64,000 bases of DNA from Candidatus Uhrbacteria bacterium (GCA_018499965.2 JAHBAS020000017.1:10087-74086), one strand, 5' to 3'. Shown: positions 41,418-50,692, counted from the stretch's first letter. Numbers and translations are program-made. The notes: a model not told the origin generated them from the sequence alone.

Positions 41418-41457
41418 AAAAAAATCCCCATCGCGTTTTACGTGATGGGGATTTTTG
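41418..41457. terminator. Bidirectional rho-independent terminator
   Basis: A7, TCCCCATCGCG, TTTTA, CGTGATGGGGA, T5. Serves the plus-strand transcript from 40972 and the convergent RodZ-like gene. Confidence 0.85.
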
Positions 41458-41478
41458 TTATTCCTGTTTTCATAACGA

Positions 41479-42267
41479 TTACGGTTTTACCGTAGACGAC
41501 GCATTCCCATCGGTCGAAGCGGCGGACGTCGACGTTGTCGCAACCGCCTGCGATGAAGATGCGAAAGCATTTCCCGCATCCGTATCCGTAAGCGCCTGCT
41601 CAAAAGAAACGCGACGGATCACGGTCGTTTCACTTCCACGCCTTCGTTTAGCGGTGATGGTGAGAATCGTGGTGCCGCGACGGACGTCGAGTTCCAACTG
41701 AAATGCCCCGTTCTGATCGACCGCGGCATCACGACTATTCACGGAAACGGATGCGCCGGGAATTGTTTCGCCGCGCACGAGCACACGGGGACGCAGGAGC
41801 CGATCATTATCCTCGGGAGAAATCACATTCAACATCGGCGCCGTATGCACTAAAAACGCTTGCCAAAAAACGTATCCGCCAAGAAGAAGCGCTAAAAAAC
41901 CGATCCCTAAAAAGGCCAAAAACTGCGGAGCAACGAAGAGATCGAAAAAATGGATGCGCGTACGGGGAATCACATCGCTTGCCTCACGATGCGCCGCCAA
42001 TGCGGTGAGCGCGGCCTGATACTTCGCTTTAAAGTACGGCTCATATCCTCCGAGGTAGTGTACGTATGCCATCAGATGACGCTCGGCGAACAGAGGATCA
42101 CGAATATCCGAAATGCGATCCTCTTCAAACGCTTTGAGGATACCCGCATCGATTCTCGTTTCTCGACACGCTTGATCGAATGAAATCGCGTGAAGCTCCC
42201 GAAGATCGCGCAAGTCCGAACCGAACAATGCCTGCTCGTCCCCCACGTTCTTATGCAAAAACGTCAT
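41479..42267 (-). CDS. RodZ-like HTH membrane protein
   Basis: N-terminal XRE-type HTH (LRDLRELHAISFDQACRETRIDAGILKAFEED...HLMAYVHYLGG), a central TM (FLAFLGIGFLALLLGGYVFW) and a C-terminal beta-rich domain. The start overlaps the ftsK stop by 4 nt. Confidence 0.65.
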   Translation of the reverse strand: MTFLHKNVGDEQALFGSDLRDLRELHAISFDQACRETRIDAGILKAFEEDRISDIRDPLFAERHLMAYVHYLGGYEPYFKAKYQAALTALAAHREASDVIPRTRIHFFDLFVAPQFLAFLGIGFLALLLGGYVFWQAFLVHTAPMLNVISPEDNDRLLRPRVLVRGETIPGASVSVNSRDAAVDQNGAFQLELDVRRGTTILTITAKRRRGSETTVIRRVSFEQALTDTDAGNAFASSSQAVATTSTSAASTDGNASSTVKP

Positions 42268-44678
42268 ACCATCCGTTCTTCGTCTTTCGTGTCGCCATGT
42301 TCCACGGCGTCTAAATCTCCGGATTCGGTATATGCTTCTTCCGGTTCCGTTTCATCATCAATCTCTTGTTCATCAATATCCGTTTCAACAACATCATCCA
42401 CCATCTGCTGCGCAGGCGTTTCCACGTGATACGTTACCGGAACCGGAGCCTGGCGAGGATCTGGAGCCGGCGGCATTGAAGAACCGAACGACGTTTGGAG
42501 GATTTCTCGCGGCTTTGCACCATCGCCAGGGCCGATCATCCCAGCCTGTTCCAAAAGATCAAGCAAACGAGCGGCTCGTGCGTACCCGACTTTCAATCGA
42601 CGTTGCAACAATGAAGCCGAAGCTTTACCGGCACGAACGATTTCATCCATGGCCGCTTCAAGCATCGGATCCGAATCATTCCCATTACTTCCGCCACCAC
42701 CTCCGAATATCGTATTGGATCGCTGCGATTCCGTAACACCGACTTCGTAATCCGGAGGTCCGTAGGAAGATTTCAAGAACTCCACGACACGACGGATTTC
42801 ATCGTCAGACACGAACGCGCACTGTACACGTTTTGGCGCAGACATTTCCGCGGTCTGATACAACATGTCGCCGCGTCCCAGCAACTTATCCGCACCGACT
42901 TGATCGAGAATCGTTCGGGAGTCCGTGGACGAAGCCACAGAGAACGCCACGCGCGCCGGAACGTTGGCCTTGATCAGGCCCGTAAGAACATCAACGGATG
43001 GACGTTGCGTAGCGAGGATAAGATGAATACCAACCGCACGGGCAAGCTGCGCAATGCGAACGATCGGACCTTCCACTTCCGCACCGGAAGTGACCATGAG
43101 GTCCGCCAATTCATCGACGATGAACACGAGATACGGCAAACGGTCTTTCGATCGCTCGTTAAAAGCGAAGATATCTCGCGCACCGACCGAGGCGAGCAAA
43201 TCAAAACGTCGATCCATTTCCCGAATCGTCCATTTAAGCGCATTCACCGTGTCTTCCGTTTTCGTAATGACCGGAGCGATGAGATGAGGGATGCCGTTAT
43301 ACACCGGGAATTCCACACGCTTCGGGTCAACGAGGATGAACTTCAAATCATCCGGTCCATGATTATAGATCAATGACGTAATCAAAATATTCAAACACAC
43401 GGATTTTCCCGAACCCGTCGCACCAGCTACGAGCATATGCGGCATGCGCGAAACATCAACGAGGCTCGGGTATCCGGAAACGTCTTTTCCAAGCGCGAAC
43501 GGAATCGCAAAACGTCGAGCCTTTTCCTGATACGCGCGCGATTCGAGCATTTCACGCAATCCAACCAATGCCACGCTCTTATTCGGAACCTCAACGCCAA
43601 CGAGCGACTTGCCTGGAATCGGCGCTTCAATACGAATTGGATGCGCAGCGAGTGCGAGCGCCAGATCATTATGTAAAGCCGTCACGCGCGTAAGCTTAAC
43701 GCCTTCCGCCGGTTTAAACGTGAACTGCGTGACTGTTGGACCGACTGACACCTCCCCCATTTCAACGTTAATACCGAATTGATGGAGCGTTTTCCGGATC
43801 ACCTCTCGATTGAATTCGATATCACCGGACGTCGGACGATCATCGCGACGCTGCAAGAGATCAAGCGGAACCTGGATCTTCGGACGACGATGGCGGACCT
43901 TCGCAGGAATCGGCAAAGGCGCTTGCGCCAACGACGGAGAGTGAACCGATGCGGGAGAGGCTGGAATCGAAACCGGCTTCGAGGATACTTCTTCCTCTTC
44001 CTCCACTTCATCATCCTCTTCTTCTTCAATTTCTTCCTTCACCTCCTGCGCCAAACGATTCGCCCGATCCGCCGCAGCTTGCTCCCGACGTTCACGAAGA
44101 CGCGCGAAGATCGAAGCGATGCCACTGAAGACAAAAGCGATCGCTCGCCAAATCGCCCGGAAAAACTTCGCGATGGTCACGATCGACGTGTTAAACGTCA
44201 ACAGGATTGAAGCGATAAAACAAGCCGCGAACAACGTCACCGCTCCGGCGAATCCTAAAAGGGACATCATCGGATTCGCGAGCAATGCCCCCAACTTGCC
44301 GCCAGCCGAACGCAACGCAATATCTTGAACAGGCAATGCCAAATCCGGAAACGTCACTGCATGCACAAGTCCGTTCAAACCAATGAAGAACAGAATGAAT
44401 CCAATAAAATTGGAAGCATTGAGCGGGAATTGATCCGGGCGCGCCAAGGAATACCCCCACGCGAACAAGAAGAACGGAACGACGAGCTTATCCCATCCGA
44501 ATACCTGGGAAACGCCTCCATCGACAATCGTGCCCAATGCCCCAGCCAAACCAAAAATGGAAAGGAGGATGAGAATCCCGAAACAGAAGAGAATGACGGT
44601 AAAAATCCCCTTTTGCGTATCAGGATCTATCGAAAAATCCAATTTAAACGGCCTTTTTCGGCCTCGTCGTCGTGCCAT
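42264..44678 (-). CDS. ftsK: DNA translocase FtsK/SpoIIIE
   Basis: Four to five N-terminal TM segments and an acidic linker. The motor domain has Walker A (VAGATGSGKSVCLN) and Walker B (FIVDELADLM). A C-terminal winged-helix gamma domain is present (ASASLLQRRLKVGYARAARLLDLLE). Confidence 0.93.
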   Translation of the reverse strand: MARRRGRKRPFKLDFSIDPDTQKGIFTVILFCFGILILLSIFGLAGALGTIVDGGVSQVFGWDKLVVPFFLFAWGYSLARPDQFPLNASNFIGFILFFIGLNGLVHAVTFPDLALPVQDIALRSAGGKLGALLANPMMSLLGFAGAVTLFAACFIASILLTFNTSIVTIAKFFRAIWRAIAFVFSGIASIFARLRERREQAAADRANRLAQEVKEEIEEEEDDEVEEEEEVSSKPVSIPASPASVHSPSLAQAPLPIPAKVRHRRPKIQVPLDLLQRRDDRPTSGDIEFNREVIRKTLHQFGINVEMGEVSVGPTVTQFTFKPAEGVKLTRVTALHNDLALALAAHPIRIEAPIPGKSLVGVEVPNKSVALVGLREMLESRAYQEKARRFAIPFALGKDVSGYPSLVDVSRMPHMLVAGATGSGKSVCLNILITSLIYNHGPDDLKFILVDPKRVEFPVYNGIPHLIAPVITKTEDTVNALKWTIREMDRRFDLLASVGARDIFAFNERSKDRLPYLVFIVDELADLMVTSGAEVEGPIVRIAQLARAVGIHLILATQRPSVDVLTGLIKANVPARVAFSVASSTDSRTILDQVGADKLLGRGDMLYQTAEMSAPKRVQCAFVSDDEIRRVVEFLKSSYGPPDYEVGVTESQRSNTIFGGGGGSNGNDSDPMLEAAMDEIVRAGKASASLLQRRLKVGYARAARLLDLLEQAGMIGPGDGAKPREILQTSFGSSMPPAPDPRQAPVPVTYHVETPAQQMVDDVVETDIDEQEIDDETEPEEAYTESGDLDAVEHGDTKDEERMV

Positions 44679-44896
44679 GATGCTGTAGATAGTACATCAC
44701 CGGCCCTTTTTCGGAAATAGGAAAATACCAAAAAGACTTGACAATATACCCTATTTTTGATTCGCTATACTCATCGTATACGCTACCAGCGTTGTCCGAC
44801 GGCCTAGACGCTGGCAGCCTATAAAAACGATGAGGTCCGAATCTCTTCGTTAGCGTCACCGATCTTTTCACATTCAACACACCCGAAGGGAGCGTC

Positions 44897-45139
44897 ATGC
44901 ATCCACAACATCTCGAATACTGCAAAATGAATGTTGCATTCGCAATCTATCAGCACTTTCCACAAGGCGACGAAAAGAAAGATTGGAATGCCGCCGAACG
45001 GTTACTAAAAAAATACCCGTTCGCGCTCGTACGCCACGAGGAAGAACTGTCATATGAAGCGTTTCAGCGAGCGTATGGAGAAGCCGTGTACTATCACACG
45101 CTCAACCACATCCTCTTCCTCCGTTCAAAAATGATCTAA
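44897..45139 (+). CDS. Hypothetical small protein (80 aa)
   Basis: The ATG is preceded by GAAGGGAG with a 5-nt spacing. Composition is ordinary. No family recognised. Confidence 0.5.
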   Translation: MHPQHLEYCKMNVAFAIYQHFPQGDEKKDWNAAERLLKKYPFALVRHEEELSYEAFQRAYGEAVYYHTLNHILFLRSKMI

Positions 45140-45202
45140 CATCGCGCGCGATTCATAGATGTACCGCGAACATGTCGCATGAATGGCGAACATGCGACAA
45201 TT

Positions 45203-45275
45203 CGGGGTGTAGCCAAATTGGTAAGGCACTGGGCTAGAAACCCAGTAACTGGTAGTTCGAGTCTATCCTCCCCGA
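45203..45275 (+). tRNA. tRNA with class-I cloverleaf; formal anticodon AGA (isotype unresolved)
   Basis: Hand-folded. Acceptor CGGGGTG/CTCCCCG has one U-U mismatch. U8 A9 are present. D arm is GCCA-AATTGGTA-AGGC. Anticodon arm is CTGGG-CTAGAAA-CCCAG. The variable loop is 5 nt (TAACT). T arm is GGTAG-TTCGAGT-CTATC. The discriminator is A and no CCA is encoded. Confidence 0.75.
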
Positions 45276-45402
45276 CTCCTCACAGGCGTCCATCGAAAGA
45301 TGTGGCGCCTATTCTTTATTATAGAGATTAGACGAATCCCCTCGTCTGATTTACCCTACTCCTTATCGCATTTCACACGACCCACTCCCCACTCTACTTT
45401 CT

Positions 45403-45798
45403 ATGCCCTCCATCTTCACGCGCATCATCAACGGCGAAATCCCTTGCCATAAAATCTGGGAAGATGAAAACTTCTTCGCCTTTCTCGACATCAATCCCAT
45501 TCAACCAGGCATGACACTCCTCGTGCCAAAAACGGAGATCTCCGATGGTTTTGAGATGGCAGACGACGCATACTGCGCCTGGATGCTCGCAGCAAAAAAA
45601 CTCATTCCAGCCATCAAAACCGCTGCCGGATCCGAACGCGTCGGACTCGTGATCGAAGGCCTGGAAGTCCCGCACGCGCATATCAAGCTGATCCCGATCT
45701 CCCATCCAAACGATCTCGCGCAATCAAACGCCAAACCGGCAAGCACCGAAGAACTCATCGACATGGCGGAGAAAATTCGCAGCGCGTTGCATCGGTAA
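45403..45798 (+). CDS. HIT-family (histidine triad) nucleotide hydrolase
   Basis: IINGEIPCHKIWEDENFFAFLDINPIQPGMTLLVPK and the histidine-triad motif VPHAHIKLIP. Confidence 0.88.
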   Translation: MPSIFTRIINGEIPCHKIWEDENFFAFLDINPIQPGMTLLVPKTEISDGFEMADDAYCAWMLAAKKLIPAIKTAAGSERVGLVIEGLEVPHAHIKLIPISHPNDLAQSNAKPASTEELIDMAEKIRSALHR

Positions 45799-45917
45799 GT
45801 CCAGCTGTATTTCGACCTACGGAAAGATAGACCTATTTCTGATATCGAAAACGTCCTCAAGCTAGTGCCCAAGGACGTTCTTCGAGAAAGATAAACGAGA
45901 AAAAAATAAGAGAGAGA

Positions 45918-46631
45918 TCAGTCGGAAATGCTCTTGATCCAATCGATACATCGACCGAACCACGAACGAGTCGAAGCGCGACGTTCAGATTCCCGAATCA
46001 CCAACGCCGCAATGCGCTCCTCCGTCTCCCTGAGAAGGCCACGATAATCGCGAATGAGCAAATGCATGGGAGGCCACCCTTTCATGAGCGACATATAAGA
46101 AATTCGCTCTTCGACCACCCGACGCATTCCATTGAGCTCCGAAAGGTATTGGGGTTCATCCCTCACCTCCCGTAATTCATTAGCAAGCTCCCCAAACATC
46201 CGATCGAACATGCTCCAATTATTGAGCTGGAACTTGAGAGACTCGAGCGCATGCGCGTACAAAGCGCGCTCTTCAACCGGATGCCCGACCATCGTCTTGT
46301 TCGAGTGTAGGATGAACTTACGTTCAAATTCATCGACCAAAGATCGAGCGTACCGCATTGTTGATGCATCGTTTGCCCGAAACACGGCAGAAGCCAATTC
46401 GGTGAAGGCCCGAGAAACGTCGTTTGACAACACATCGCCTAACGGAGACGTATCCTCGAGAATCGCCGTTCCCGTCGGTCCAGCAATCTTTGGACCGATA
46501 ACACAGCCACCGCCCGGCTCGGAAAATCCCGCAGGCAACGATGCCTCATGTGGAACATCCAACCTTTGCCCGTCTGAGCCCTGTATCATGACTCTATGAT
46601 CTCGTTTTGAATGTTCATTACTCATAACCAC
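45918..46631 (-). CDS. Hypothetical protein (237 aa)
   Basis: Intact ORF with ordinary composition downstream of recA on the same strand. No family recognised. Confidence 0.6.
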   Translation of the reverse strand: MVMSNEHSKRDHRVMIQGSDGQRLDVPHEASLPAGFSEPGGGCVIGPKIAGPTGTAILEDTSPLGDVLSNDVSRAFTELASAVFRANDASTMRYARSLVDEFERKFILHSNKTMVGHPVEERALYAHALESLKFQLNNWSMFDRMFGELANELREVRDEPQYLSELNGMRRVVEERISYMSLMKGWPPMHLLIRDYRGLLRETEERIAALVIRESERRASTRSWFGRCIDWIKSISD

Positions 46632-46715
46632 CTCCTAAAAATCCAAAAATATGGCCACTGAGAATGAAAAAGCATAGCAAAAAAGACCTGAAATGTCAAG
46701 ATTGCTTTGCATATA

Positions 46716-46746
46716 CCAAAAACCGACCGAAAAGGCCGATTTTTTT
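46716..46746 (-). terminator. Probable rho-independent terminator of recA
   Basis: Read on the minus strand: an A-run, UCGGCC, UUUUC, GGUCGG, then U-run. The 6-bp stem includes two G.U pairs. Confidence 0.45.
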
Positions 46747-46819
46747 ACATTAACGATAGCCTCGAGAATTTTTACCGAATCCTTATTTATTCTTCACGCT
46801 CTCTCAAGAAGCAACACGA

Positions 46820-47896
46820 TTACTCGATCGGTGGGAGCTCTTCACCGCCCATATCCTCTACATCATCTCGACCAGCCGAAGGAACATCCAGTCCTTCACG
46901 CTCTTTAAAGGCCGTGATCACGCTCGCTCGAATTTCATCCATAAAATCCGGGCGCTCTCGAAGACCGTTCTTCGCATTTTCGCGACCCATCCCGAGCTTT
47001 TCTTCACCGTACGTATATGAATTTCCATTGCGCTTGATGATGCCAAATTCCGTAGCCGTATCAAGAACATCTCCAGCTTTTGAAATACCCTCGTTATACA
47101 TGATATCAAATTCGCAGGTACGGAATGGAGCAGCAACTTTATTTTTCACAACCTTCGCTTTGGTACGGTTACCGATAATACGTTCCCCCATCTTGATCTG
47201 CGCGGCACGTCGGACTTCAACACGAAGTGATGCGTAGAATTTCAAAGCGACACCGCCGGTCGTGGTTTCCGGATTACCATAGACCACACCAATTTTCTGA
47301 CGCGTTTGGTTAATAAACACAACGACCGTCTTTGTTTTTGAAATGATCGCCGTAAGCTTACGAAGCGCCTGGCTCATCAATCGCGCTTGCAAACCCATGT
47401 GCGAATCCCCCATTTCTCCTTCAATTTCCGCCTTTGGCGTAAGCGCGGCAACCGAGTCGATCACGACCACGTCGAGCGCATTTGATCGCACGAGAGTCTC
47501 CACGATATCAAGCGCCTGTTCTCCCGTATCCGGCTGCGAGATGAGAAGGTCATTCACATTCACGCCGATCTTGCGGGCGTAATCAGGATCGAGCGCATGC
47601 TCCGCGTCAACGAACGCCGCCATGCCACCCAATTTCTGGACCTCGGCAATGATGTGCTGTGCAAGCGTGGTCTTACCCGAAGATTCCGGGCCGTAGATTT
47701 CAATGATGCGACCACGAGGGACGCCGAGCACGCCTAATGCGAGATCGAGCGAAAGACATCCGGTCGGGATCACATCAACGCTCGTGCTCTTCGCTTCGCC
47801 AAAACGCATGATCGCGCCATCACCGAAACGTTCTTTGATTTGATCAATCGCTTCTTGCGCGGCCTGGAAACGAGGATCGACGGTTTTTTTTGCCAT
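46820..47896 (-). CDS. recA: Recombinase RecA
   Basis: [18 protein letters not shown] (Walker A), [21 protein letters not shown], and the L1/L2 regions [20 protein letters not shown] and [14 protein letters not shown]. Confidence 0.97.
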   Translation of the reverse strand: MAKKTVDPRFQAAQEAIDQIKERFGDGAIMRFGEAKSTSVDVIPTGCLSLDLALGVLGVPRGRIIEIYGPESSGKTTLAQHIIAEVQKLGGMAAFVDAEHALDPDYARKIGVNVNDLLISQPDTGEQALDIVETLVRSNALDVVVIDSVAALTPKAEIEGEMGDSHMGLQARLMSQALRKLTAIISKTKTVVVFINQTRQKIGVVYGNPETTTGGVALKFYASLRVEVRRAAQIKMGERIIGNRTKAKVVKNKVAAPFRTCEFDIMYNEGISKAGDVLDTATEFGIIKRNGNSYTYGEEKLGMGRENAKNGLRERPDFMDEIRASVITAFKEREGLDVPSAGRDDVEDMGGEELPPIE

Positions 47897-47921
47897 AGGA
47901 ATATGAGGTAAATGAAGAAGT

Positions 47922-47936
47922 GTTCTATATTTGTTC
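47922..47936 (-). promoter_or_regulatory. Putative LexA operator, direct repeat GAAC-N7-GAAC (gene orientation)
   Basis: The plus strand reads GTTCTATATTTGTTC. It lies 26 nt upstream of the recA ATG, immediately downstream of a TACTAT -10-like hexamer (reverse complement of 47939..47944). A near-identical 19-mer lies upstream of lexA. Confidence 0.6.
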
Positions 47937-48595
47937 TAATAGTACACATCCCGCGAAAACGCCACAAGGAGATGCACTGGGGATAAACTTTTTCGCCCGA
48001 TACTCCCTATTTTGAAGAAAATCAGAGGTCCGCGGACGGTAAATCCCGCAACACGGACCTCTGTGCCCCATCGAAAATCGACAATGAGCGAACCGCGACA
48101 ACACGTCCTTATCGCATCAGAGAAAAACGACCAACGCCTAGCATCAATGATCGCGCTGCATCGCCGTCACGAAATCAACGGCAGCAGAGAAAGAATCTCA
48201 CGCAATCATCTTTGAAGACCGTACAGGACATCTGTCTGTACAAAAGCTGGCAGTCGCCATTCCCCTTGCGGAATAAAAAACGCATCGGCATAGGAGACAG
48301 GACGACATCCCCTATGCGGCGAAAGGCGTCAGCACCACCTGGACACCCCGCCCGCGTTCAAACGACACGCACACATCTTCGCGGTTATTTCTTCTGAACT
48401 CATCATCATGTGAAAGCGCGATTACGGGAGCAGAAACTGCAACCGAACCACGCCTTCATCATAAGAGACTGACAAGGTGGGTCAAAAAGTTGTCAAAAGC
48501 GACGTTGACACGAAAAAATCGCCATCGAAAAGAGAAAGAGAAAAGACGCGAAATGCTAGGAAAAGAATCCAAAAAAGATAGAGAAAAAATAAAGC

Positions 48596-50083
48596 TCATG
48601 TCATGTTTGAAGTTGACACGTGAGAGTTATCCCCAATTTTTGACCAGACATCCATACGATCTTCTCCGGCAGACGGCTGTCGCTTGAGGCGCCGCCTCCA
48701 CCAAAAAAATCCGCAAACATAACATGCAACGCACATCCACCACGGCATACGCCACGCAATCTGCAAAATAGGATACGAAGATCCAAGGTTCGCAATCCAA
48801 AGCAGGAGGCGCAAACCACCTGATGCAGGAAAAATGAGCCACGGCATAAGACCGCCTAATACCACGCCAATCGCACCCCATAGCATCACGAAAGCCGTAA
48901 GCGGAATCGCAAAAACATTCGTGAGCAGTCCGGCGAGGGAAATCGTCCCAAAGGCCCAAGATGAAAACGGGAACGTGGCGAACGTCGCCGCCAACGTGGT
49001 GGAAATCATCTCACGTAATCCAAAAATCTTTGGAACGCGCGTCAATGCGTCTGCAATCGGTTGTGCCCAAGCGATTAATCCCCACGTCGCTAAAAACGAA
49101 AGCGCAAAACCGGCGTCGTAGAGTAAGGCATGGGGATCAAAAAAGGCCATGAGCGACCCGGCGATCAACAAAAGTCTCGTCGCAGACGCTTTGCGACCGA
49201 ATACGCGTCCGAGAATCGCCAGCCACCCCATGATCGCCGCACGGATCACGGATGCGCTCGCGCCGACGAAAATCGTGAATAAAAAAATTGCCGCACCGGA
49301 AAGAACGATTGCCCATGGCCGTCGATACCCCAACAAGAGAAAAAACGGTACAAACAAACCCACCACGATGGCGATGTTCGAACCAGAGACGGCAATGAGA
49401 TGCGTCATGCCCGCGGCGCGAAACGCGGCATTCGCTTCTTGAGACAATCCCCGATCGCCATAAAGAATTCCTGAGAGAAGCGCACCCTGATCTCCAGGAA
49501 AGAGACGATTAATACGTTGCGATATCGCCATGCGCCATCGGGCAAGGATCGCCGGAAGAAACAACCCTGGGGCATCATCCAACTTGATCGCAGAAACCGA
49601 TCCCCGACATCGGGCAAAAACACGGTCACGACGATCCATGCGATCGCGTATCTCCGACCCTTCACCGGATGTTTCAAGACGGCACGAAACGCGCCATCGT
49701 TCCCCCTCTTTCGCAAACGGCTTCGCAAAGGCGACGAAGGATCGAGAAGCTGCTGGAGAACCTTCAATGAGATCAATGTGAAGCAACGCATCATACGAAC
49801 GCGCTTTCCGGATCACTCCCTCAATCGTCACCGATTCTCCGGTTCGAGAGAGAAGCCCGTCTGACGAAGACGGAAGCATGAGATCAAAACGCACGAATCC
49901 CAAAGCGAGAGCGAGGCAGAATCCGACAATAACGTCGTGACGGATACAGAGACTAACACAAACGATCGCCAACGGAATCCAAAAAGACATCGGCGATATC
50001 GGCCAACATCCATGGATCGCAATACCCGCAAGCAACCCCAAACAACACGCCACGGCACGGCGCTGAATCATAAACGAAGACAT
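48596..50083 (-). CDS. comEC: ComEC/Rec2-family DNA internalisation channel (no C-terminal MBL domain)
   Basis: Polytopic membrane protein with the competence-domain signature LSGILYGDRGLSQEANAAFRAAGMTHLIAVSGSNIAIV. At 495 aa it is too short to carry the beta-lactamase-like domain of full-length ComEC. Confidence 0.85.
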   Translation of the reverse strand: MSSFMIQRRAVACCLGLLAGIAIHGCWPISPMSFWIPLAIVCVSLCIRHDVIVGFCLALALGFVRFDLMLPSSSDGLLSRTGESVTIEGVIRKARSYDALLHIDLIEGSPAASRSFVAFAKPFAKEGERWRVSCRLETSGEGSEIRDRMDRRDRVFARCRGSVSAIKLDDAPGLFLPAILARWRMAISQRINRLFPGDQGALLSGILYGDRGLSQEANAAFRAAGMTHLIAVSGSNIAIVVGLFVPFFLLLGYRRPWAIVLSGAAIFLFTIFVGASASVIRAAIMGWLAILGRVFGRKASATRLLLIAGSLMAFFDPHALLYDAGFALSFLATWGLIAWAQPIADALTRVPKIFGLREMISTTLAATFATFPFSSWAFGTISLAGLLTNVFAIPLTAFVMLWGAIGVVLGGLMPWLIFPASGGLRLLLWIANLGSSYPILQIAWRMPWWMCVACYVCGFFWWRRRLKRQPSAGEDRMDVWSKIGDNSHVSTSNMT

Positions 50084-50127
50084 CCTCTATTCAGTACCAC
50101 GAAAAAAAGACAGGTCAATCCCGTTCA

Positions 50128-50156
50128 TTGACAGGTTTTTGGCGTTCTCGTACGCT
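50128..50156 (+). promoter_or_regulatory. Sigma70-like promoter TTGACA-17-TACGCT
   Basis: Hexamers at 50128..50133 and 50151..50156. The ORF-track start at 50139 falls inside this element. Confidence 0.45.
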
Positions 50157-50180
50157 GGAGCCGCAAAGGAGGGTAGGACC

Positions 50181-50627
50181 TTGAATAGAAGTTCTCAACG
50201 AAGAAGACAAATCCGCTACCGAGTGAAAGACGTGTGGAGATACATCCTCGGACGACATATCATGCTCGGATTCGGTCAATTCATCGGTCTCGTCTTTATC
50301 GCGATATTCCAGGAAAACGGGAAACCGACGCCTGTGAGCATTCTTGCGAGCTTCCTGCTTCTGCTCTACAGCATCTTTGGAGCAGCCCCCGCCACCGCAG
50401 ACTTCGCATTAAGACGAACGGAACGCCCGGAACGCAAGCACCAGGCGTACTATGCCAGCTATGCCTTGCAAGCGATGCTTTGCATCACACTTCTGGCATA
50501 CCTCTACCAAAACGACCTCGTATCACTCCCCTCGTTCATTCCTTACATCGGCGTTCTCGCCTGCCTCATCTCTACCGGAGCGCTCGTCCATGCGATCGTT
50601 CCCGACTCTGTAAAACTTAACGGATGA
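50181..50627 (+). CDS. Small polytopic membrane protein (about 148 aa)
   Basis: AAGGAGGG (50166..50173) lies 7 nt before a TTG. A basic N-terminus is followed by 4 TM segments. An alternative ATG start lies at 50262. Confidence 0.55.
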   Translation: MNRSSQRRRQIRYRVKDVWRYILGRHIMLGFGQFIGLVFIAIFQENGKPTPVSILASFLLLLYSIFGAAPATADFALRRTERPERKHQAYYASYALQAMLCITLLAYLYQNDLVSLPSFIPYIGVLACLISTGALVHAIVPDSVKLNG

Positions 50628-50647
50628 AAACCCTTTTCGTCCGTTTT

Positions 50648-50692
50648 CAGCCACCCTGTCCAAACTCCTGCAGGGTGGCTGAACTTATTTTT
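50648..50692 (+). terminator. Rho-independent terminator
   Basis: CAGCCACCCTG pairs with CAGGGTGGCTG (11-bp stem), followed by a T5 run. Confidence 0.7.
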
